Shown one piece after another: positions 51,776 to 59,183 of a stretch of DNA of 64,000 bases (positions are counted from its first letter, which is position 1; the number at the start of each line of letters is the position of its first letter). Under the pieces are notes generated by a model. It did not search any database and was not told the DNA's origin. It was given only the letters and a program-made list of their open reading frames with translations. A program made the position numbers and the translations under genes. This DNA comes from an uncultured virus (IMG/VR IMGVR_UViG_3300006120_000013) (Duplodnaviria > Heunggongvirae > Uroviricota > Caudoviricetes), in the IMG/VR virus record IMGVR_UViG_3300006120_000013. The stretch is one strand, 5' to 3'.

Positions 51776-52600
51776 ATGGCCAAAGTAAATTATTTGAATA
51801 ATAAAGATTTATTAGAAGAAATACATAAAAGTAAAATATCATATTGCAGTTACATAGATTCTAATTATAGCGATTACGATTTAATACTACCAAGTTTAGA
51901 AAAAATAAACATACGTACAATAGCAGAAGCAAAGAAAAATAAAGCAAAAAAACTAACTTCTAAAGAATTTGAACGAAGAAAATTAGCAGGAGATAAAAAG
52001 GTAAAACTTAGCGAATGTGAAATAGACTATAGAAAAATAGAAAAGGGAGATATTATATTTCGCATTATGACTTTTGATCATATTCCTTTAGCACCTGGTC
52101 GTAAAAAGAAAACTAAAACTAGAGCAGATGCACACGAAAAAGTAAATTTCCCTCCATTCCAACACTGGAAATTTGATGATAATGGTGTATTAATTTGTGT
52201 AGGGAAAAGTCACTGGATTGGTGGTATGGAAAATGGTCACTTCTCCAAAGAACATGGAAAATTCACTAACAAACTAGCAAAAATGTTTATGAAATTATGC
52301 GAAAGATATGCTACACGTAGTAATGTAAGAGGCTACACATACAACGATGAAATGCGTGGACAAGCAATTTTACAACTAACACAGATAGGACTACAATTCG
52401 ATGAGTCGAAATCAAACAATCCTTTTGCTTATTATACTGCCGCCGTTACTAATAGCTTTGTTCGAGTTATTAATATAGAAAAGAAGAATCAAAACATTCG
52501 TGATGACATTCTTGAGATGAATAATTTTAATCCTAGTTATACACGACAAAGTAATCACGAATGGAATCAAGCGGTTGAACGGCACAAAAGTAAAGATTGA
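51776..52600 (+). CDS. gp55: Late-transcription sigma factor gp55
   Basis: NYLNNKDLL N-terminus, N.RGYTYNDEM, FDESKSNNPFAYYT; adjacent to gp47/gp46 as in T4-like phages. Confidence 0.9.
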   Translation: MAKVNYLNNKDLLEEIHKSKISYCSYIDSNYSDYDLILPSLEKINIRTIAEAKKNKAKKLTSKEFERRKLAGDKKVKLSECEIDYRKIEKGDIIFRIMTFDHIPLAPGRKKKTKTRADAHEKVNFPPFQHWKFDDNGVLICVGKSHWIGGMENGHFSKEHGKFTNKLAKMFMKLCERYATRSNVRGYTYNDEMRGQAILQLTQIGLQFDESKSNNPFAYYTAAVTNSFVRVINIEKKNQNIRDDILEMNNFNPSYTRQSNHEWNQAVERHKSKD

Positions 52601-52610
52601 TTATTTTTAA

Positions 52611-52645
52611 TCCGAAGTGTATAATCATAAATATATACTTCGGAG
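52611..52645 (+). promoter_or_regulatory. 13-bp hairpin sequestering the endonuclease RBS, with a late promoter in its loop
   Basis: TCCGAAGTGTATA (52611-52623) pairs with TATATACTTCGGA (52632-52644), one G-U; ATAAATA at 52627-52633; SD GGAG at 52642-52645. Confidence 0.8.
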
Positions 52646-52651
52646 TTAAAT

Positions 52652-53413
52652 ATGTTTATCTATAAAATTACAGCGGGCGGAAAAGTATATATAGGGTTTG
52701 ATACTAAACCTACATATAAGAAATCTAGATGGAAAGATCATTGTCGAGAATCGTTAAAAGATAATCCTAAAAGAAAAATCCATATTATCATGAAAGAAGT
52801 AGGAATTGAAAATTGTCAGTATGAAGTAATTGATGATTCTTTTTCTTCTTTAGGATCATTAGCACTATCTGAAATCGAATACATTGAAAAATATAATTCT
52901 TTTAAGAATGGTCTTAATTCTAGTCTAGGAGGAGATGGGTTAGGACACACGGGATTTTCAAAACTTACAGAAGATGAAATACAGAAAATTAGAGAAAAAT
53001 TAGGTTCTAAATTAAAAGATTATAACACTAATATAAAGTGGGCTAATACTACTAAAGAAGATAGAAAAAAGTTAACAGCACATCTTCATACTCAAGAGAT
53101 TTATGAAAAAAGATCTAATACCTTAAAAGAATTTTATAAAGAAAATCCAGAAGAAAAATCTAAAAAAAGTAAAGGTATTACTAATTGGCAAAAACATAAT
53201 CGAGATACTTTACTCAACAACAATAAAAAGAATTCTATAAAAGGAGCAGAAAAAGTTTCTAAAAAAATAAAAGTTGAATTAGAAGATGGTACTCTGCTAT
53301 ACTATAAAAGTAAAAGTGACTTTCAAAGGCAAACTGGCCAGTGGGCTAATACTATTATTCAAAAAACTAAATTAGGTAATTTTTTTAACGGCTACAAAGC
53401 ATGGGAAATATAA
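52652..53413 (+). CDS. Free-standing GIY-YIG homing endonuclease (Seg-like)
   Basis: FIYKIT...VYIG...RW..H...E..YI..YNS...GLN; basic DNA-binding C-terminus; inserted between gp55 and gp47. Confidence 0.85.
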   Translation: MFIYKITAGGKVYIGFDTKPTYKKSRWKDHCRESLKDNPKRKIHIIMKEVGIENCQYEVIDDSFSSLGSLALSEIEYIEKYNSFKNGLNSSLGGDGLGHTGFSKLTEDEIQKIREKLGSKLKDYNTNIKWANTTKEDRKKLTAHLHTQEIYEKRSNTLKEFYKENPEEKSKKSKGITNWQKHNRDTLLNNNKKNSIKGAEKVSKKIKVELEDGTLLYYKSKSDFQRQTGQWANTIIQKTKLGNFFNGYKAWEI

Positions 53414-54427
53414 ATGGCTAATCTTTTCAAGAAAATTGCTGCGATGACTGACATCCATTTTGGCCTTAAAAGTAATTCTAAGATTCATAATGATGACTGT
53501 GAAGAATTTGTAGATTGGTTTATAGAAACTGCCAAGAAAGAAAATTGTGATACCGCAATATTCTGCGGCGATTGGAACCACAATCGAAACACAATCAATA
53601 TTACTACCATGAATGCTGGTTTGTCTTCGTTAGAGAAACTAGGAAAGGCATTTGACAACTTCATTTTCTTTCCTGGTAATCACGACCTCTATTACAAAGA
53701 CCGAAGAGATGTTACTTCTGTAGCATTTGGTAGACATATTCCTGGCGTTAATATGATTACTGAACCTACTGTTATAGATGATGTTGCATTAGTTCCATGG
53801 CTTATAGGCGACGAGTGGAAAAACTTAGCCAAGGTAAAAAGTCGATACATGTTTGGACATTTTGAACTACCGTTATTTTATATGAACGCGATGGTTCAAA
53901 TGCCCGACCATGGAGAATTACAAGTAGATAGTTTAAGAAATAATGAAATTGTTTTTTCAGGACATTTCCATCATAGGCAGGCAAGAGATAATGTTCATTA
54001 CATCGGTAATGCCTTTCCTCACAATTATGCCGATGCCGGAGACGATGACCGTGGTATGATGATTTTAGAATGGGGCGGGACACCAAAATATATTAACTGG
54101 CCAAAAATGCCGACTTATAGAACTGTGAAGTTAAGTCAATTAATTGACAACATGGATACCATGTTAAAATCTAAAATGCATCTACGTGTAGCACTAGACA
54201 TTGATATTAGTTTTGAAGAAGCAAACTTTATCAAAGAAACTGTTATGGGAAATTATGATATTAGAGAATGTACTCTTGTTCCTGAGAAAAAAGAATTAGA
54301 AGGAAATTCAACATTAGAAATTACTAATTTTGAATCAGTTGATCAAATTGTTACCAATCAGATTGTAAACATTGAGAGTGAAAACTATAATAGTAAAATA
54401 TTGCTGGAGATTTATAACAACTTATGA
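53414..54427 (+). CDS. gp47: Recombination nuclease gp47 (Mre11/SbcD-like)
   Basis: TDIHFG, GDWNH, GNHD, GHFE, SGHFH metallophosphoesterase motifs. Confidence 0.93.
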   Translation: MANLFKKIAAMTDIHFGLKSNSKIHNDDCEEFVDWFIETAKKENCDTAIFCGDWNHNRNTINITTMNAGLSSLEKLGKAFDNFIFFPGNHDLYYKDRRDVTSVAFGRHIPGVNMITEPTVIDDVALVPWLIGDEWKNLAKVKSRYMFGHFELPLFYMNAMVQMPDHGELQVDSLRNNEIVFSGHFHHRQARDNVHYIGNAFPHNYADAGDDDRGMMILEWGGTPKYINWPKMPTYRTVKLSQLIDNMDTMLKSKMHLRVALDIDISFEEANFIKETVMGNYDIRECTLVPEKKELEGNSTLEITNFESVDQIVTNQIVNIESENYNSKILLEIYNNL

Positions 54428-56202
54428 TTCGTATTAAGAATTTAACCGTTAAAAATTTCATGAGTGTGGGTAATCAAACTCAAGGAGTTGATTTTGAAAA
54501 AGAGCAACTAACCCTTGTTCTTGGAGAAAACTTAGATCAAGGAGGAGATGATAATGGGTCTAGAAACGGTACTGGTAAAACTACTATCGTTAATGCTCTC
54601 AGTTATAGCATTTTTGGTCAAGCTCTTACCAATATAAAAAAAGACAACTTAATTAATAAGATTAACCAAAAAAATATGTTGGTTACAATTAATTTTGAAA
54701 AAGATGGAACAACTTATCGAATTGAGCGAGGACGTAAACCTACCCTCTTAAAATTCTATGTCAATGATCACGAACAAGAAATCGATGATGTTGACGAATC
54801 CCAAGGCGATAGTCGTAAAACTCAAGAAGCAATTAATGATCTCATAGGTATGACACATACAATGTTCAAACACATTGTAGCACTTAATACCTATACAGAA
54901 CCATTCTTGAGTCTAAGAGCAAATGATCAAAGAGAAGTTATTGAACAACTTCTCGGTATTACTGTTCTATCTGAAAAAGCAGACTTACTTAAAGAACAAG
55001 TAAAGATTACAAAAGATAATATTGTTCAAGAAAATGCTAAAATTGAAGCAATAAAAGCAAGTAATGATCGAATTAAAACTACTATTGAGAGTTTGAAACT
55101 AAAGCAGTCAATTTGGTATAATAAACAAAACGACGAATGTAATAAAATGTATCAAGCAATAACTCAATTAGAAGAAATTGATATTAAAAACGAACTCGAA
55201 AATCACGAAGCATTAAAATTGTGGTTAGAAAATAACGACGCAATTAAGGCTCTTAATAAAGAAAAAAGTAGTCTTGAAAGTGCTATGATCCAAGCACAAA
55301 AAGTAGTAGATAAAAGCGAAAAAGATCTTAAAAAGACCGAAGACCATAATTGTCATGCCTGTGGTCAAACACTTCACGATGAAAAACGTGAACAAATGGT
55401 TAAAAAACTTACTAAAGAACTTAAAGATAATGAAAAGTATCTTAAAGAAGTAAGTGATAAACTTGTTGATATCGGTACGGCATTAGAAGAAATAGGAGAG
55501 ATAAATGCTCGTCCTAATACTTTCTACGACCGTGTAGAAGATGCATATGATCATAAAAATAATTTAGAAAATCTTAAAAATAAAATTGAAGAAGTTAAGA
55601 ACTCTGTAGATCCTTACCAAGAACAAATAAATGAACTTGAGAATACTGCTGTTCAAGAACTCGATTGGACTAAGGTAAATGATCTTACAAGTCTAAAAGA
55701 CCATCAAGAGTTCTTACTTAAACTTTTAACAAATAAAGATTCATTTATTCGTAAGAAAATTATAGATCAAAATTTAAGTTACTTAAATCAACGTCTAACT
55801 TATTATCTTGATAAGACAGGATTGCCACACCAAGTAACATTTCAAAATGATCTGAGTACAGAAATTACTCAACTTGGACAAGATTTAGATTTTGATAATC
55901 TATCAAGAGGAGAACGAAACAGACTTATTCTAAGTTTGAGTTGGGCGTTTCGTGATATGTGGGAAAATCTATATCAACCTATTAATTTATTGTTTATTGA
56001 TGAGTTGATCGATAACGGGTTAGATGCTGCTGGTGTAGAAAATTCACTTGCAATCCTAAAAAAGATGGCTCGTGAACGAAATAAGAATATATATCTCATC
56101 TCCCACAAGGATGAACTTGTAGGAAGAGTGAATAATGTTCTAAAAGTCATTAAAGAAAATGGTTTTACTTCTTATTCAAATTGTATAGATATAGTTGATT
56201 AA
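54424..56202 (+). CDS. gp46: Recombination ATPase gp46 (Rad50/SbcC-like)
   Basis: KNFMSVGN, Walker A NGTGKTT, coiled coil with zinc hook CHAC, signature LSRGE, Walker B LFIDE, ISH. Confidence 0.94.
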   Translation: MIRIKNLTVKNFMSVGNQTQGVDFEKEQLTLVLGENLDQGGDDNGSRNGTGKTTIVNALSYSIFGQALTNIKKDNLINKINQKNMLVTINFEKDGTTYRIERGRKPTLLKFYVNDHEQEIDDVDESQGDSRKTQEAINDLIGMTHTMFKHIVALNTYTEPFLSLRANDQREVIEQLLGITVLSEKADLLKEQVKITKDNIVQENAKIEAIKASNDRIKTTIESLKLKQSIWYNKQNDECNKMYQAITQLEEIDIKNELENHEALKLWLENNDAIKALNKEKSSLESAMIQAQKVVDKSEKDLKKTEDHNCHACGQTLHDEKREQMVKKLTKELKDNEKYLKEVSDKLVDIGTALEEIGEINARPNTFYDRVEDAYDHKNNLENLKNKIEEVKNSVDPYQEQINELENTAVQELDWTKVNDLTSLKDHQEFLLKLLTNKDSFIRKKIIDQNLSYLNQRLTYYLDKTGLPHQVTFQNDLSTEITQLGQDLDFDNLSRGERNRLILSLSWAFRDMWENLYQPINLLFIDELIDNGLDAAGVENSLAILKKMARERNKNIYLISHKDELVGRVNNVLKVIKENGFTSYSNCIDIVD

Positions 56203-56203
56203 A

Positions 56204-56461
56204 ATGCGTATATATCGTGTTGATGATAGAGAAGTTAAAGTAGAAAAAGATTTACACGATCAGATAATGATTGAAATTGTCAAATACTTTGAAGCAAACG
56301 AATTATGGGAAACCAAAGGATGGGACTATAAAGGTCTTGAGGCAAGAAATGCATTAGGAAGATTAAGAGTTGTTGCCCGAAGAAGACGAATGGAAATACA
56401 AGAAAAAAGAAAAAAAAGAGTAAAAAAATCAGATAAACAGAAAGGTAAAAGTAATGAGTGA
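56204..56461 (+). CDS. Small basic protein, Hc1/histone H1-like paralogue
   Basis: G..ARNALGRLRVVARRRRMEIQE aligns with the next ORF (G.RARKALGEM.K..KARRNEI); Lys/Arg-rich tail. Confidence 0.6.
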   Translation: MRIYRVDDREVKVEKDLHDQIMIEIVKYFEANELWETKGWDYKGLEARNALGRLRVVARRRRMEIQEKRKKRVKKSDKQKGKSNE

Positions 56462-56648
56462 AACAATTAAAACAATCGCAGATCATTTTGCTGCTTGGCA
56501 AGCCGAAGATGCAAAGTTTGTAGGTGGTAATTCTGCTGCTGGTACTAGAGCACGTAAGGCCCTTGGAGAAATGAGCAAGGCAATTAAGGCTCGTCGTAAC
56601 GAAATCACAGCAGAAAAGAACGCCCGCAAGGAAGCAAAAGCGAAGTAA
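56454..56648 (+). CDS. Hc1/histone H1-like small basic protein
   Basis: KF..GNSAAGTRARKALGEMSKAIKARRNEI, the pattern of the Hc1 family N-terminal domain. Confidence 0.72.
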   Translation: MSETIKTIADHFAAWQAEDAKFVGGNSAAGTRARKALGEMSKAIKARRNEITAEKNARKEAKAK

Positions 56649-57062
56649 TTGACTTGGCACTATCAAGGTGCCGTCATTGAGGAACTACCAGAAGATTGTG
56701 TTGGATTTGTTTATTGCATAACCAATACAACCACTGGTAGAAAGTATATAGGTAAAAAATTAGCAAAGTTTTCCAGAACAAAATACAAGACGGTTACGCA
56801 GAAGAACGGGAAAAAAATTAAAAAAAAGATCAGATCAAAAGTAGATTCTGATTGGCAAGAATATTGGTCAAGTTCTACGGAACTAAAAGATGATGTTATA
56901 TCTTTAGGGGCAGACAAGTTTACTCGAGAGATACTAAAGTATTGTAAGTCAAAAAACGAACTATCGTACTACGAAGCAAAATACCAGTTCGATTTTGATG
57001 TATTGTTAGATGGGAAGTTGTGGTATAATAAATGGATTTCTGTGAAGGTAAGAACGCTTTGA
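56649..57062 (+). CDS. Minimal GIY-YIG nuclease (SegE-like family of T4-like phages)
   Basis: GFVYCIT...RKYIGKK, SDW..YWSSS, FTREIL, YYE, WYN; TTG start directly after the upstream stop; no separate DNA-binding domain. Confidence 0.82.
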   Translation: MTWHYQGAVIEELPEDCVGFVYCITNTTTGRKYIGKKLAKFSRTKYKTVTQKNGKKIKKKIRSKVDSDWQEYWSSSTELKDDVISLGADKFTREILKYCKSKNELSYYEAKYQFDFDVLLDGKLWYNKWISVKVRTL

Positions 57063-57709
57063 CTTATGTATATTGGTTACATCTGCCTGAGCATACTGAC
57101 GCAAATATAGAAGGTTATGTTGGAGTTTCTAGAAACCCATCTTACCGTCTCTGGGAACACCGCAACGACGTGAAAAAAGATAATCACTGCAACCCTTACC
57201 TATCTAGAGTTATTAAAAAATATTCTAACAATCTAACTCAAACAATTTTATTCGAAGGAAGCGAAGAAGAGTGTTACGATTATGAAGAGAAACTCCGCCC
57301 AATTAAAAATATAGGCTGGAATCTCAACAAAGGTGGGTTTCACCCCCCGTCTGCATCTGGTAGAGTATTATCTGCTGATCATAAAGTTAAAATTGGTAAA
57401 AGCAATACAGGAAAAAAACATCCACACAACGAAGAGGCCAAACAAAAAATCTCTCAAGCTCGTAAAGGCATATCCTTATCTAACGTAACTAAAGAAAAAA
57501 TTAGTGATAAAAGAAAATCTCAAGTATTTTCAGAGAATACTAAACAAAAAATGAGTGATTCTCACAAAGGCAATGTTCCAGGGAATGCCAAAACAATAAA
57601 AACACCTTTAGGCACGTTTACTTCAATTAAAAAAGCAGCCAAGGCATATAATTTATCAAGATTTAAGTTTGAAAATTATATCAAACACAATCCAGATTTC
57701 AGTTTCTAA
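57059..57709 (+). CDS. GIY-YIG homing endonuclease with NUMOD3-like repeats
   Basis: YVYW...GYVGVS...RL.EH...E...GWN.NKGG, then four repeats of H/S.E.K.KIS..KG type. Probable TTG start 57059 overlapping the upstream TGA, with GAAGG SD at 57044-57048. Confidence 0.85.
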   Translation: MTYVYWLHLPEHTDANIEGYVGVSRNPSYRLWEHRNDVKKDNHCNPYLSRVIKKYSNNLTQTILFEGSEEECYDYEEKLRPIKNIGWNLNKGGFHPPSASGRVLSADHKVKIGKSNTGKKHPHNEEAKQKISQARKGISLSNVTKEKISDKRKSQVFSENTKQKMSDSHKGNVPGNAKTIKTPLGTFTSIKKAAKAYNLSRFKFENYIKHNPDFSF

Positions 57710-57720
57710 TTTATAGGCTA

Positions 57721-58066
57721 TAGGTCCTGTTTGGTCGAAGTAGTTCGACCCTCATCGAGTCCACAATTGTGGTCAGACTTTGAGTACCGTTAAACAATGC
57801 TCCTAAAAACCTTGGAAACTAGGAACGAGTCCAAGGCATCGCAAGATGTGTCGTGGTAGGTTGGGAAAGCACAGAGCCCGTGGAGCGTAAAAATACCTAC
57901 TTCCGTATCTCGGCTGGTGTAACTCACATGAAGTTATCGAGATTGGTGGAACCGTAGTAGGTTCCATCTGACTGATATAATCTACATGAAATTATCTCTT
58001 AAATCAAAAAGAAAATGTGATGCTTGAGTTTACGAAAGCAATCACTGATGAGCGTTAGCTCATCAC
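57721..58066 (+). ncRNA. Putative large structured non-coding RNA (family not recognised)
   Basis: Only long ORF-free gap in the window; 119/250 GC (about 48%) over 57721-57970; at least 8 helices, a GCAA tetraloop, a pseudoknot candidate, and G-U pairs that only work on the + strand. Confidence 0.65.
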
Positions 58067-58072
58067 TTAATA

Positions 58073-58079
58073 ATAAATA
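58073..58079 (+). promoter_or_regulatory. Late promoter ATAAATA
   Basis: Same motif as in front of other structural genes; upstream of ATG 58103. Confidence 0.55.
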
Positions 58080-58102
58080 ATATACACTACAAGAGAGCAA
58101 CA

Positions 58103-58963
58103 ATGAATCTAAATGATCTTAATGAAGCACCAATGGGAATGTTGAATAAATTTGGACAAAAAATATTGTCTAAGATTCCTGGAAGTATAGGACATCAAGC
58201 AAAAGGTAAACTTGATACTGGTCGTGTTGCTAATCTTTGGAAAGATCAATATATGAAATACCTTGGTCAAATTGGTCAAAAACATCCTAGTTCAGAAAAT
58301 TTATCAGATTTTTTAAAATCAAAAGGATTTACACCTGACGATATAACAAATGTAATTAAAGAATCCTCTTTAGCATATGAAAGAATCTTAACTGGTAAAG
58401 AAGTAGATAGTTTAATCTTAAAAGCTGTTCAACAATCTGCTAGTAGATCTCCGAGTGGTCGAGTTGAACCACAAAGTGATTTAATTTCTCCAAATCAAGC
58501 ACCTAATAATGTTCCTACAAAAGCACCACCGGTACAATCTCCAAATCAAGCACCTAATAATGTTCCTACAAAAGCACCTTTAGCAAAAACAGCATCACCT
58601 GTACAAAAAAGTAATAATTCTATAAGTTCTTATCTTAATTCTTGGACAAAAGATATTAAATCAGCAACAAGTGATAAAGAAAAATTCGATCTTGCTAGAG
58701 AAATGATTAAATTTTTGTCTGATCGTAAAGGATCACCTGAAGCAAAATCAGGTGCTGCTGCGGCAATGAGTGTTCTTAAGAGAATGAATAATCCATTATT
58801 AGCAAAAGCTGCACAAGGATTAAGTCATTTAAGAATGGAACGTGCAAATTATATTATAGCAAGCAATCTTTTAAAAGAAAATAACATTTATTGGAAAGAT
58901 CTTGGATATAAAATTGTAATTTCTGAATCAACTTTAACACATGTAGTAATTGCTTGCCGCTAA
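58103..58963 (+). CDS. Hypothetical late protein with a Pro-rich tandem-repeat linker
   Basis: MNLNDLNEAP N-terminus; SPNQAPNNVPTKAP occurs twice. Confidence 0.7.
   Translation: MNLNDLNEAPMGMLNKFGQKILSKIPGSIGHQAKGKLDTGRVANLWKDQYMKYLGQIGQKHPSSENLSDFLKSKGFTPDDITNVIKESSLAYERILTGKEVDSLILKAVQQSASRSPSGRVEPQSDLISPNQAPNNVPTKAPPVQSPNQAPNNVPTKAPLAKTASPVQKSNNSISSYLNSWTKDIKSATSDKEKFDLAREMIKFLSDRKGSPEAKSGAAAAMSVLKRMNNPLLAKAAQGLSHLRMERANYIIASNLLKENNIYWKDLGYKIVISESTLTHVVIACR
58487..58578. repeat. Intragenic direct repeat, 41 identical bp, 51-nt period
   Basis: TCTCCAAATCAAGCACCTAATAATGTTCCTACAAAAGCACC at 58487-58527 and 58538-58578. Confidence 0.92.
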
Positions 58964-59172
58964 AAGAACGGCAAGCCTGATTTCTTGGTAGTTTCTAAGT
59001 TTTCTTTAATTATTCCTGAAATAATTTGTCTATCTTCAATACACATATAATGTGCATCTTCGTAAGATACACCGCCTCTCATGTACCAACACATTTTCAT
59101 CAAATCTTGTTTTATATCTTTTGACTCCTTATCAAGTTTTTCTACTTCCTTGAGGATCTCAGGGAGATCCAT
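58960..59172 (-). CDS. Baseplate hub assembly protein, gp51-like
   Basis: Small ORF directly after the gp26-like gene; WYMRGGVSY..A..M..EDR pattern. Confidence 0.6.
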   Translation of the reverse strand: MDLPEILKEVEKLDKESKDIKQDLMKMCWYMRGGVSYEDAHYMCIEDRQIISGIIKENLETTKKSGLPFF

Positions 59173-59183
59173 ACTAAGGAGTC

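Noticed and set aside
57860..57890. RNase P RNA: GGAAAG and ACAGAGCCCG resemble CR-I and CR-V
   Set aside because: The motifs are adjacent instead of hundreds of nt apart and cannot form the P4 helix.
57936..57985. Group I intron core: GAGATTG / GATATAATCT resemble the R and S (P7) elements, next to an endonuclease gene
   Set aside because: No room for the P3 3' strand between R and the following hairpin, CGAGAT has a better local partner (ATCTCG), no P/Q elements were recognised, and no interrupted gene would be restored by splicing. A covariance-model search would settle it.
58030..58065. Hammerhead ribozyme: CGAAA (58033-58037) and CTGATGA (58045-58051)
   Set aside because: Only 7 nt separate the motifs, too few for stems I and III, and TGATGAGC is fully paired in its own perfect hairpin.
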